Shown one piece after another: positions 49,317 to 62,600 of a stretch of DNA of 64,000 nt. Position 1 is the first letter of the stretch. Every line of letters begins with the position of its first letter. The DNA is taken from NCBI GenBank assembly GCA_030704615.1, contig CM060731.1, positions 61,008,001 to 61,072,000 of the forward strand, in the 5' to 3' direction. Source of the DNA: Takakia lepidozioides (lineage: Eukaryota > Plantae > Bryophyta). The translations under genes and the position numbers were made by a program. The notes below the pieces were generated by a model. It searched no databases. It was not told the DNA's origin and worked only from the letters and a program-made list of their open reading frames with translations.

Positions 49317-49939
49317 CTGGCTACTAAGAAGCTTCCTTAAGAAACTTCCCCTATGGAGGTTTCTTGCTGGAGAAGTTTCCAAGATTAAACAAAGGTTTAT
49401 TGATGGAGAAGCTTCCTTAAACAAAGGAGGTATAACCCTATTTTAAGTAATTCCGGACTTTTGGCTTAAATCTGGACCAAACTTAATATATAACATAATT
49501 AAAATTAATTCAGGTATTAATAATAATATCATGGAATATTGAGTCATTGAACTTGTGAAGTTGCACAATCCCATTCATGTAACATCGAATGGTAAGTCGA
49601 ATGACGTACTTTGCATCAGAAAATTATAAAGATAAGATCGATTGAATGAAGTTATTAATAAATTGATAGATGTATGACATAAACAGATGATTCGAGAAGA
49701 TAATATACAAATGAAAAGTAAACATGTATACCATGCTTACAGTATAGTAGTACCATAAACCAATGTATTGCAAGTTTTCAATTGATGGATTTAAACGTTG
49801 AATGGAATAAGGTTGGATTTCTATGAAACATGTGAATTATGTTTCAAAATATTTAGGGATCATTCCGATGTTCATATGACAACCAAATATTGTGGAAGAG
49901 TGTCATGTAGATTCAGCTATAAAGTCATTGAACCAAGCT

Positions 49940-50690
49940 GGAATTAGGGTTATAGAGTTTGCTAGGGTACATTGAAACATAGTACTTGGTATGAATGGAA
50001 AAGAAAATATGGGAAAGTGTACAGATGACTTGGCACCTATGAAAATTTGTTAATGAAATATGCCAACCACAGATTGTATCCAAATTTCCATGAGGAATGT
50101 GAATCAAACAGTGGAGTTTGGTTTAGGGTTTAGGGTTTTAGAAAACTGTAAATGGACAAACAATTATGGAGTTTGAGTCTTTATCCATACGTAGAACAAT
50201 TCATGAAATATTATCCCTACCACTTCGACCATACCCAAAATTGGAAGTAATAAATAAATAAGCATCAAACATTGAAATTAGGTTTTAGGGTATAGAGTTT
50301 GCAAGGGTACTAACCATAGTACTCGGTATGAATGGAAAAGAAAATATTGGGAAGGGTACAGATGACTTGTCATCTATGATTTAGGGTTTAGGGAATAAAA
50401 TTTCCCAACCACAGATTGTATCTAATATATGAAGAATGCGCATCAAACAATGGAGTTACGTTTAAGGGCTTAGGGTTTAGGGTTTAGAGAACTATAAATG
50501 GACAAACAATTATGGAATGTGAGTCAAAAAATGACAGAAATCTGGGAAAGTGTACAAGTGATTTGTCACCTAAGAAATTAGACTTGAATGAAATATCCCA
50601 AGGGCCATTCTATTATGCCCAACCTTGTAACCCTTGAAGAATGCACATCAAGCATTCGAATTGGGTTTAGGGTGTATGGTTTAAGGTGAG
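49940..50690. repeat. Degenerate ~340-bp tandem repeat with embedded TTTAGGG units
   Basis: TAGGGT.ATAGAGTTTGC...GGTATGAATGGAAAAGAAAATA...TACAGATGACTTG at ~49945 and ~50286, with a partial third copy. TTTAGGG at ~50122, 50129, 50387, 50476 and 50666. Confidence 0.75.
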
Positions 50691-51449
50691 GATAATGTAA
50701 GGACTGAAGGCCCCAGACATATTGTCTTTAGAAGGTCCTAATAAGATAAACAGACCCAAGATAAATTGACCTGAGATGACACGGAATAACGGGTGGCAAA
50801 GCGAGGTTCAGGACTGATTAGTGACGAAGAAAATTGAGAAGAATCTTAAGATAGTCCGAAAAGGCAATAAAGGAAATGTAACTCTGTACTTGAAGCCAGA
50901 CTTACAGAAAGCTACTGACGAGTAATGGGAGAAGATTCACAAGATTCAGAAGCAATAAACCGTGAGAAAGCTTGTCCATTGAAGCAACAACTTTCATAAA
51001 TTGTCACGCGGTTTATACTCAGGACATTTTTTAGACCAATCATATTAAGCCCAACAATACAACCATGTGGACCGAGAATGAAGGAGATGGGCGAATCTGT
51101 TGAGGAGAAGACACTTTGGTAAGAACCAGAGAAACAAAAGAAATGGGTGTAATGTGAGAGATGAACTGCAAAGAGAAGGAAGCAGTGACATCAGGAAAAC
51201 TAGGAACTCCGAATACTCACTCGAGGTTCCTGAAACGTTACAGAGATGAGGTCTGGAAAAAAGCTGGTGGCTGGCAAAGAAGGTAGATTAATATTTGAAG
51301 ACGTGAAGAGAAACAAATAGAAAGTGGAGGTAAAACATTAGTTTTATTCTTGAAAACATGCCAAGGAGTAAACCTCCAAAATATGTCCTTGTCAACCTTG
51401 TTCTCCGCCCGAGGTTGCATTGTCTTCATTGTCTGACTGTTGATTGGCC

Positions 51450-53810
51450 TCATCCAAATTTGTTCCTGCTTTCTCCGCCTCCACCGCGGTAATTTTCTTA
51501 GAGCTATTACGTGTTGTGTTTTTTCTAGCGGGCATTGTTTAAACGACAGAGTTAATGTGAATCCACTGAAGGGGATCATCTGGATTGAACTCCCAAACTT
51601 TGGACCAACAATCTCTGTACCTATCCAAATCAGAAGGGCTACCTCCTTTCTTGGGTCTCCACCATTCGACGTGAACCTTCTTAAAATTCCTGGATCCTCT
51701 GTCGCGGACCACATCCGATATTGCCATCCCCATCTAAACTGGAAACCTCACAGTATCTACTGGTCGAACCAAGACGAAGAATCCGTTCTCAACGTCCTTG
51801 AACGGATTTAGAGGCTGCTTCGGTCTATCACACCGGGGGCCACAATACGGCTCCATGACTTCATCTTCTTCCGACAGATCATCCTCTGCAGGTGTATGGA
51901 TTCCGGCTCTGTGGTGGTTGACAGCCCACTTGGTTGAGAGCCAAAAACCCTCTTTAAGCGCGATTGAATGTCGTGATTCTCCAGGAATGGGAAGATCAAG
52001 TTCTGCAAGGACTGCTTCCCAGTATTGATCATACTGTATCATGATGTCACGATAATGATCATCAATCAACATTCCCTTCTTAAAAAACTCCATGTATTTT
52101 TTAATTCCAGTTTTTGATAAAAGACTGTTTATCGGATGAGTTATCTCCCACACCCCAAATTGGTGTTTTTTTTACCGCCCTGGGTTGTATTGCTACAGAC
52201 AACTTTGGAGATCCATCGGGATTCGACCTTCACCGCACCTTTTTTGGGGAGCCACTGAGAATCAGTAGCAAACTTCTTAAACTTCATGACATGCCAACCA
52301 TCCTCATCTACATAAAATCGAAATACATGCATTTCTGTTTGCCCAACTAAAGCCTCTTTTCCATTGAGAATGCAACCGTCTACATACGCCTTTGGCACCT
52401 CTTGAATGATTTGAGGAACAAATTGCAGATCTTGAGAGATCATAAAAAACCTCATAAGATCGGAGAGAACGTAGGTGTTGTTTTGCTTCAGCTTCTTCGA
52501 TAAATAACTGAAGAATCCGTCGATGTCCTCATGGGTATGGCCAACCATGAGAAATCCCATTTGAATCTCCTCAAACACTCCTCTCGCAATTAGGAGCGAC
52601 AGAAAAGCCAGCATCCACCTATTTTTGTTTTCCTTCATGCAGTTGTCTATCTGCAGGTAGAGTCTTCGCGGAAGTGGAACTTTACCTTTTTTCTTCTCCT
52701 TATCGCCGAAAGGTTTCAGGACGTCGAGACACCTCGATTTACCCTTCATGAGATCTTCGAAAAAAGAATTATGAGGTGGGTGGTCAAAGATGTTACGGCT
52801 TTCGTGGCAAGAGGGCTTCTCTAGTTGGCGGAGGCATCTTGCTAGAGAGCCAATCGTGCAGTTCGGGTCTCCCGGCCAGAAGTCCAGAGAGCACTGTCCG
52901 TAGGCTCTGTCCCCGTGGCCGTGGGTGACCATGCCGGTTAGCGAGATTGGAAGCTGACCTAAGCCGGAGACTTGTTCGTCGTCTACAACTTTGGAATAGC
53001 TGTTTTCCGATGATCCATCTTGTCATGAATGATGCAGAGGAACTCGGACGGCATCATAGCTGACTCATTCCTCCAGCTGTGATAGAGTCTCCTGCAAGAC
53101 TCCTGAAGCTTGAGGTGCTTATCAAGTGCTTTCTTGTGCGAGGCCTACTCATCGCTACGTTTGACCGACTTCTTGATTAGGTCTTTGAGCATCTCACAGT
53201 CTGTGCATTTGGCAATTGTGCTACCACTTTTTTTAACCTCGACATTGGGAAAAATCCGTTGTCTGATTCTACTGACGGCTGCCTGGGAGATAGGCTTCAA
53301 CCCACATATTTTATTCGCCTCTAAGACAGACAGGGGGAAATGAACCTCGCGCGATCACCCGAGCTTTAATAGTGAGAGGTCTGATACATTGCGTGGAAGC
53401 AAAACAGGGAAAGTCCCCAAAAATATAGAATTCAGAAAGTGGTAAAAAGAAGAAGAACTGACTTCATTACACTCCTCACGAATTTTTTTCCAGTTCAGTT
53501 TAGGTGGCAGAACTCGAAGAGTATCTCTCCGTCCGTCTCCAATACAGTGGGTCTTATGAGGCATGAGATCGGAATTTCCGTTTATAATCGACATTAAGTT
53601 TTCTTCAGCTTGACGAGTTTGTGGGAGGATTTGGTTGACCTCACCAAAGCTTTGTGGCCTTTTCTCTCTGGCTTGATTGGAGCCCAGTCTGTTGTTGATT
53701 ACGTCGGTAAGAACTCCTGCAAATCTTCCGGCCCTCCGATAGGTCGAAATCACGTCTACTGGTCCTGGTTTGGAAGATTTATTGAAGCTTCTGTTTGGCA
53801 CCCCCCTCAA
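51450..53810 (-). pseudogene. DDD-type transposase (Sola1-like, GHTHEDID subfamily), frameshifted
   Basis: MPH...; KCTDC...H...Y zinc motif; IIHDKMD; LYLQIDNCMKENKNRWMLAFLSLL...FLMVGHTHEDIDGFFS. Likely intron at ~53356-53460. Boundaries approximate. Confidence 0.75.
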
Positions 53811-56800
53811 AAAGATCCCGATTATCTGGGTACGTAGTTTAACATTGCCCTATTTTGTGTGTAGTCCATCAGCTTTACTTTAACCTCCATTTGTACTTAT
53901 CCGTTTGTTGATTTCACATGACTTTTGTGAGATCAATGATATTTCAATGATCTTTGTATTTTCTTTAACAATTCCCTTCTGTGCTGCCTCCACACAGTTA
54001 TATTCCAGTGTCAAGTTCATAATCAAATTCGACAGGAGAAGAAAGAGGAACGGCAGCGTAAGGCTGAGCGGAGGGACCGCGAGGCTGTACGTTTGTCAAG
54101 GTCATCAAATACAACTACCAGTGAGGTGTCTGGTCATATCTTACATCAATCTCCCACTGTATCCATCTCCTCGGGTGCACAGAATTCCGCTATCAGTGGT
54201 AACCGACGGCGATCTCGAACATATGCGTTGAGTGTGAGCCGTTTGGGAAGCAACTCTGTGTTATTGATGAATTAAACTATGGCCGGCCTGTTCATTACAC
54301 ACATACGTTATTTAACTCTGTTAATGTTATGCCAGATCCTTTCGGCTATAATGTTAGTCATCGAAATTTGAGAGAAATCACGCGCGATCGCGTGGTTCTT
54401 TCATATGTCCTCTTGTGGAGCTAACATGGATCAGTAGTGCCATCAGATGTTATCAAAACAAGTTGACTTCATTGTCAGTTTAAGCAATAACAGATCAGGC
54501 TGGAGGCTGGATGAGGTTGGAGGAGAAGAAATTTTCCGATGTTTTCATATTACGATGGGGAACAAGTGACACGATCATCGTCTATGACTGAATTCGGGTT
54601 CCTATCTCGTAATTCAAGCTCCCACGATGGTCGTCTCATTTGTTCCTGAGCGGATTGTGAAGCTCTGTTAAAATTTCTCTTCAAATAGATTGAAGTAATT
54701 TTGGCAGCTTCGAAATTCCTTCCCTAATGAACCGATGACCACCTTGTGGTATATTGAAATCTGGATGCACTCGGCTCGTTGTGGTTCTCAATGGTGGTAG
54801 AGGCAGAGATCTGTCGTGTGATCACTCGTGGTTCAAAAAGCGGACTTCAGCATCGTCCTGGCTCTCCAGCCGACTGCCAAAGTGTTATATTACCTCAACA
54901 GTGCCACATGTGATTGGTTGGGGTGATGTTTTTTCTATGCTCACGCATTCAACAACGAAAATGTTGTCATTTGAAGATGTGATGATTCTGCAGGCATAGT
55001 GAGTTACTTCAGGTCAGTTACAGCGAGGGAACTCAAGGTATTCGGATAATCCGTCCCGGAATATTTCACACCATCATCCTGGATGATTCATTGATATGTT
55101 TTAGAACACGCACTCAAATCATCGAGGCTGACGGTGTCACTTGTTCCCTGACGGATTGTTCAAGTATCTTATAATCCTAGTCTTTAAGTTGTTTGAAGTC
55201 ATTCTCCCTGCTTGTATATTAATCCGATCTCCAACAATTGACAGCATCCTCGTGGTGTATTTTTTGGTTCCTATATCCTTCGTTTGGAGATCTATTATTC
55301 TTTTGAGGAACACCAACGATTAACATTGCGCGATTACGCGTGCTTTTCTAAGAGCTGACCTGTTCTGATGTCCATCATTGCACACCAAAATGGTGTTACG
55401 AGGAGGCAGAATGTCAGCAATTGAACGTCAATCTCCAGCGACATTCTCGTCGTTTTCATGTGGACTGGATGCCAAAGGAGGAACACCGTCGCTAACAATC
55501 TGTGCAAAGAATCTCAATAATCATATGTACTTCAAGGTGCTTGATACTGCGTATGTTCATGTAGCTGATTTCTATATGAGTCTTTTTGCTATTCCCATTC
55601 CAACAACATCAGGTCCACTGAGATTGCCATATTCCGAAATCGGAATCAAGCACCACCTACATGACACCATCAGCTAAGAATGAAATCTCCAGTTCATTCA
55701 ATCACAACCCAGAGAAATATCTCAAGCTGCTGGCCAACTACTTGTGGGCTAGGGTGTTTCTCTGGAGTTGCATACAATGAATCGAAGATCTAATTCTCAG
55801 CTGACATGCAGCTGATGGTTTTATATTGGTCAACGATGGTGGGCCGTGGCTGATACAGCAGTCTGAATATGACAGTTTCTGGGGACCTGATACTGCTCGC
55901 ATGGGAATAGCAAAACGACTACTATACAATTCAGGTACAGGATCAACAATAACATCAAACACCTAGCAGTAAAGAGGATTTTTGACATTGTTTGTGACAG
56001 CTAATCAGTTAGTTGGTGGTTAGTCAGTTGGAGATTATTTAGTTGGTGATCAGTTTACGAGTGCTTTACAGTAAATCGTGAAGTACCACAGCCAGTCATA
56101 GATGAACCTCGACTGGTCACCTGACACTATTTCCTTGAAGATTTCGCAGAAAACGTCACTCTCTCCATCAACGTACTCGCCACCGAGTCACTCTCCAGAA
56201 GCATACGAACAGCATATTTACTCCTCAATTGGATACTTTCAGCATCTTACTCCAGGGTCAGTTACTTGGACATTATGTTTTGAAGAGCATACGAGTAATT
56301 CATCATCTTTACGATTCACTAAAAATCTGCAAGACCACCAATTCTTCGAGAAGTACAGCTGAACTTCGGTCGCACAAGACATTGTTGGTTGACGTAATAT
56401 TGGAGGATATTTTTTGTAAGGTCATCACCATATCAACTATTCTCGAGACAACATTTCAGGGACTTCTTCCATCAACCTTCGGAACAACGGAAGAATACAG
56501 ATTTGAAAATGACCCTCCAACCTTGTCAAAATATCATGATTTTGGGAAATGACTTTTCTCAAATTATTCTCATCATAAGTACGTCGGCCGACATCGTCTT
56601 GTGCTAACGGAGTTCAGCCCTCCTTCTAGAAGTTCATACTCTCATCGACATGGTTTACGTTACTTGTATTGGTCCATGCCACATGGGGCGAGACTTACTC
56701 AAATTGACATGGTTCTGAAATAAAACCTGCTTGTTTATCATGTCTCCCCATTGTCTTTAATTTCATTTCATGGTATTGTGTCATTGTGTCATGTTTTGCT

Positions 56801-56935
56801 TACATATTTGATTGATTTGTCTTGTACATTACATAATAACGGCCTTCTTAAGCTCAGTCGCAGTTACGAATATGACTGGTGCTCCAATCATCCATCAGGC
56901 CGCGGATCATGAGACGAGTTATCACCCGACACCCG

Positions 56936-57133
56936 TTTTTTTAATTTATTTTTTAATGTAATGGAAACACCTGGGAGCGACAGCTCACAAATCAGGCCCC
57001 CTTAATAGTATAACCTCTTTCACAGTAACCCCGCCATGTGGCGTTGGAATGGGACACCACCCAGGAACATACCACACTCGTCAGTAGCAAGATTTGACTA
57101 CCAGTGCACTTCACCAACTGAGCTACTGACCGT
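56936..57133 (-). mobile_element. tRNA-derived SINE (~200 bp) inside the Sola-like element
   Basis: A box TAGCTCAGTTGG (57125-57114). 8-bp stem GTCAGTAG/CTACTGAC. Degenerate B box. A-rich tail at 56954-56936. Confidence 0.62.
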
Positions 57134-57619
57134 TGGTATCTCATTCCACTCTTACTAAACGTCGAATGAATAGTGGAACTTGCTTTATGAGCCAAATAGA
57201 AACTGTTTTTTCTCCTGAAGTTTATACATAATGTTTCTTTATTGTTCATATTATATATTAATAGACAAACAATTATTTATATATTTATATTTATATTTAA
57301 AATGATCCATTTACATTCATTTAAATGATTTAAAAAATACATATTCAGATATTTCTCCTTATTTCTGGATCAAACTTTAGTCCAGATTTACTTAAAATTG
57401 TGTTGTATCTTGATGAAGAAGTTTCTTCCAAATGAAGCTTCCCGAGCAGTTTCCAAGTTACTCTTGGTAATTTGGTAAACTTCCGATAACTTGGTAAGTA
57501 ATGGCAAATCATGGTAGATCATGGTAAATCACGGTAAGTCATGGTAAGATGATAACTTGGTAACTTCTGGTATTTACTCCTGGTAAGTTCCTCTGGGCTA
57601 TGTCCGTGACACTCTCTCG

Positions 57620-59150
57620 CCAAATTAACGTAGACCTTCTACCACTTGCCCACGAAGTCTTGCCAAACTAATGCTCACCTGAAGCAGCTCATCTGTTAAT
57701 GTCCATGTCTTTATCTGCCAGCGAGGACCATCACTTAGGATAAGCCTCAATAATATGGTGGTCGTTTATCCCAGAAGACTGAGTGATCAGAGGTGCGGGT
57801 GGAGACAATTCCTTCCCTAGCCCATGAGGCATCGAATTTTGCAAGATTGACGTGCCATTTTGTGCAAAGAGCATTTGCATACTGAATCCAAAATTAACCC
57901 CAGACCTTTCGGCCTTTTGTTAGAAACTCAATAAAGACCCTACACATTGTAGCAAGAAGATTTGGTTGTATGTTTCCATACAATTGAGAGCATCAATATT
58001 TTCAGATGTGTCAAAGTGCTGGGACTGAAGCTCCGGCCAAAGAGCGAGCCAAGCTCCCCAAATTGCCTTCTAGGACTTTGAGCCAACAATCACAAATCTA
58101 TTCCTAGATCCACTTCGTGTCGTGAGATGTTGGGTGAAGTCCCATAACGAGCGCAACCCTCGTTTTGTGTTGCTAAGATATGTGCCTTGGATCAAAGTGT
58201 TAATTATTGACCACTTGAGACTGATGAAGACTACGCCGCTAGAAAAAGGTACCACAACGCCTGTGGTTTCAATATCCTTAATCCTAGAAGACGCTTGGAG
58301 AAGGAGCAAGCTTGCCTTCGCTGCATTGTCCAGCACAGTGAAGCAAGAGAAAGATTTTGTATGATTAAGTATTTCCATTGTCCTACAAAAGGCTGAATTA
58401 AAGAATGGGGGATCCATACACCAATCAATGCTTTAACTTGAGTTTCAATATCTAAGATACCAAGTCCACCTTGCTTTTTGCTAAGGCAAAGTTGTGACAC
58501 AAGAAGCCAAAGTCCTTCGAGAAGAGTACGCAATATTTGGTGGTCCCCAAAATCAAGAAGTTGCAAACAATCGCCTTGACATACTTAAGAACCTAGAGTC
58601 CAGACAAAAGCAAAGAACCACAAAGATGAAGACAAGATCTGAATCTTAGTAATCAAGGCTCTACAATTGAGAGACATGTAGACCCCCAATATGACAACTT
58701 TGCTCTAGACAACACAGGGAAAACCTGGAGAGTTGAGAAAGATTAAGACCAATGTTGTGCCCCATCAAAGTGTACGACTTCCCATGGGCAAGCCACCGAA
58801 GTCCCCAGTGCAGGCCCCACAACGGCACGTGAGCCATTCTTAGGGGTGAGATCCGGAGAAAATACCAGATTGAACTCAGAGGCATAATATATATGATGTC
58901 TCTTGAAAGAAGCATAAATTATGGTGTCTCTTGACTCGAAGGGCTATTTCCTGCCTGGACAGTGACACCAATCAGTGGTTGATTGAACCCACAACCGGGC
59001 ACTTCCGAGGTGGTATGTGCCTATTACCACCGAGCTACAACTTGGTTGTCCAGAGGCAATACAAAAGGTGTCAAGAGTTGCAAAACACATGGCAATCTTA
59101 TCTGCACGTTGGTTATTAAGGTAAATGTTGGTGTCATCTGCATACATCTA
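57620..59150 (-). mobile_element. Highly degenerate L1-clade LINE with an internal deletion
   Basis: MYADDTNIYL at 59147; LMGHNIGLNLSQ; KKQGGLGILDI...WIP; C-terminal FDASW...WDKRPPYY. The zf-RVT region is missing. Confidence 0.78.
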
Positions 59151-59463
59151 GAATGTCATTTTAGAACAGGAGCCAACTTGGGACACCCTTACCTTACCGA
59201 CCGACGAAAAAAGAAAAGCAAGAGTCCAGAGATGACAATTGACTTGGGGAGAACAACAAGATTTTAATCCAATTAAGGAAGGAAGAAGAGATTCAATGTT
59301 TGGATTCAGTGAAAAGGAGATCTGCTGACTGCTGACCACAAATATGAAAATATGAAAATATGAAGGAAGATAGTCAACAACAGAGTGAGAAGTGTGCCCT
59401 CGAAAGTGAGTTGGGTGGGTGACAATCAAAGAAGGGGGGGTGCTGGCTGGAGAGACCACCCGC

Positions 59464-59560
59464 GTCAACGTGGTGGGTTGACGGATTGTGACTACGCCGA
59501 CGCGACTCCCACGTAGCGATGACGCCCGCGTCCGGTTGCGCCCTGCAGCGCGCATATATC
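59464..59560 (+). promoter_or_regulatory. Proximal promoter of CER3 copy 2
   Basis: GTCAACGTGGTGGGTTGAC identical to copy 1, followed by GCAGCGCGC and an ATATAT TATA-like element. Confidence 0.5.
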
Positions 59561-59662
59561 TACTCGCCTTTCAAGAGCCCAGACAACCGGCTCTCTCTCT
59601 CTCTCTCCCTTCCTCCTTCCTCAGTTGCAAGACTACTAGCGTGCAAAGCTCAGACAAGGGCG

Positions 59663-62600
59663 ATGGTGATGATCAAGGCAGGGCCGCTCGCCTTCTGGCC
59701 GTTGCGAATACTGGGAAACTACAAGGCATGGACTTTAATGGACCTTTCATTCCGCTCGAGGACCGACTCTTAAATTCATGAACATTTGTCATGAATTATA
59801 TATGATACTGAGCAGTGACGAATGAAGCCATCTTTCACAGCTAGAACCTGAAAATTTGGAAACAGTCCGAATTCACAAACAACCTGAATTGAGCTCTGCC
59901 GTACCAAACTAGAACTCCATTTAACGTAGATCTATAGCATGTTGAGGTGGACTTACTCGTCTCACTGAAGATACTTGTAGGTTACATAAAGTTATGCAGA
60001 GAGAGACCTAAGAAATACAGAACCTGAGATGTCATAGATCTATCATGGTTAGTGCCTTCAATTAGTTTGCTAACAAAATGAATGGCGATCGTGGTGGGTT
60101 GGATGTGATCTGTATGCAGTATGTGATCATATATCTCCCGTTTGTGATAAGGGTAATGCAAACTAGTCTGAAGGGTGAAAAGGAAATTCGAGAAAATCTA
60201 TGGTTCCATTTGTTGCTGGCATCAGCTCTCCGCTACGTTCTCGTCCAACTCTGGATGTCAGTGACGCGGTTCCATGGTTTAGTCAAGAAGTACAAGATTC
60301 AAACGGAAGGCGTCACTTTTGCACAAAAAGATCGTGAAAGCAACTGGTATGTTTTATAGAGTGCACTTGGCAGAAGTCATGTATAAATGTTGCAGGTAAT
60401 TTTCAGCTACAAGTTGGTTGCAATGTCGTGACTGAATGTGAATATATGAGTTAAATCATCTAAGTATTCACAAGCATGTAATAGTATGTATATATCACGA
60501 CTCACGCGATCATAAACATTAGGCATGCATGTATAATTTAAGGCCCGAACTTGGACCTGTACATAGAGAGAAATCAGATGAGTCCGGCCTGAGCCTGCGG
60601 AAAGCACCTGTACATACCAGTTTGTGCTGTGTCTATCTGATGGTCATCATTTTCGGGGCATTTTCGGCAGGGACAACTATATTCTTCTGCAGTTCCTGGT
60701 GGCTGCAGCAATGGTCACATTAGCTCCTGGTTTCAGGAATTTTCCCTTCTGGAATGCAAAAGGGTTTGTATGTCTTCTCCTGCTGCACGCGGGCCCTGTT
60801 GAGTTGCTGTACTACTGGGGGCACCGTTTCCTTCATCAGTCCCCAACACTGTATAAGCGATATCACGCCTATCACCACGCCTCTGTCATTACTGAGCCCA
60901 CTTCAGGTACCTAAATTAACACAACCTCAAGCAAATTTCGTTAAACATACATATATATCTGAATTGAAAACTAACTCAAACTTCAGGTTCATACTAAGAG
61001 AGTTCATAGAGTGCTCAATTTGAGCAATTTGAGGGGAGGATGTAGAAAAGAATGGAAGTGATTGTAAATAACTTCACAAACTATTGTGAAGTGGAACTCT
61101 TGTGGCTGCAACGACGATGAATCTGATGGAGGGCAAGGTTGGTGAACGTACAGGGTTCATGCTCACATTTGCGGAGCATCTAGTCTTTGCAGCGCTTGTC
61201 TCCATTCCATTGCTCGGCACAGGTCTACTAGGTGTGGCGTCGTCCGCCACATTCTATTGTTATTGGCTCTTACTCGACTGTTTATCTGCTGTCGGACATT
61301 GCAATTGGGAGTTTGTGCCAACTTGGGTTTTTAAGGTCTTTCCACTCATGAAGTATCTGCTCTACACCCCAACGTAAGCTTGCTCTGGACACAGCTTCTG
61401 CTTTGAGTAGTTCTAACTGATCAGTCTCTCTGTAACAAGCTAACAACCTGTATGTACACCGAGCTCTAGATTGTAACTCACACACTTCACAATTGAATAA
61501 ACATGCCTGTACGTTTTATTACTTGAATCGAAAGTTCAAAAGATCAGATGTCAGTAAAATGACTGACCGTGCGCAGGTATCATTCATTACACCATTCGAA
61601 TTTCAACCACGATACCAATTTTGCACTGTCCATGCCTCTGTATGATCATCTTGGTGGCACTTTTGACAAGCACACCGACACTCTACATGCCACAGTACGC
61701 AAAGGTATGTGTAACATTCCGAGCAGCTCTACATCATTTAAAGTGTCCAGACTCTCTCTCTCTCCCTCCTTCCCTCCCTATAGTCGCTCTCTCCAATAAA
61801 CTTTCTAATCTCAACAATCAATTTCTTGACCACCTTTCAAAATGAGCTTATGATACCTCGTCAATGATCCTTTTGGTTTTAGCGCGAATGTCCATCATGT
61901 GCGTAACTGCATGATGCCCGTAGAAGAGAATGTACGAAGTTACTTGCTCAAGGAGATGTGATCAATCAATGGATGGATTTGAACTCTTAAGCCAACTTGA
62001 TTGTGCAGACATATGTGCATTCTCATATATGCATTTTCAAACTTCAGACTCAAAGACCTTATGCTCAATAATGTGACGATAAATTCTGGCAGGCCGGAGC
62101 GAAAAGCCAGACTTCGTTTTCCTGGCCCATGAAATTGGTTTGGATTCTGTGCTACACCTGCAAATGAGTGTTATCTCATTTCATACAGTGCCTTTCACAT
62201 CGGACCGGTGGTTTGTTTGGCTTCTATGGCCCATCACCGTGCCTATCATGATCTTGATGTGGATCTTTGGGTCTGCATGCGTGGGATGCCAGTACCGACT
62301 AAACCAATTTCAAGGCCAAACCTGGGTTATGCCTCGATTCGGTTTTCAGGTCAGTAACAATTTAAATTATGCATATGTCAAGTGCTTGGAAATGTAGATA
62401 CTGTCTAGACATATGTTGTACATGGATACATGAACTCGTACCTCTGGTAATGTCGATTCAAGTTGAGTGCACATAAGCTGCTTCCTCTGTAGCAGATGAC
62501 ACCATGGTCCTTTGAATCGTCGTGAACTTATTATGACATATAGCAGCAATCAATTTGAGAAATTTGTCAAAAGTTGCCCGGCTTGCCAACATGCATGATT

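Larger units (their letters stand above)
49434..57404. mobile_element. Sola-like TIR DNA transposon, 7,971 bp, inserted in the 5' LTR
   Basis: 4-bp TSD GTAT (49430-49433 and 57405-57408; the intact LTR reads GAGGTATCTTGATG). TIR AACCCTATTTTAAGTAATTCCGGACT versus AACACAATTTTAAGTAAATCTGGACT (22/26 match). Confidence 0.85.
43269..57611 (-). mobile_element. Ty3/gypsy chromovirus (Tcn1-like), full length, 5' LTR interrupted
   Basis: TSD CTCTC at 43264-43268 and 57612-57616. TGTCA...TGACA LTR termini. PPT at 43892-43905. Order gag-PR-RT-RH-INT-chromodomain on the minus strand. Confidence 0.95.

Noticed and set aside
50120-50485. Interstitial telomere or chromosome fusion site
   Set aside because: Only 1-3 consecutive TTTAGGG units, embedded in a larger repeat within a transposon.
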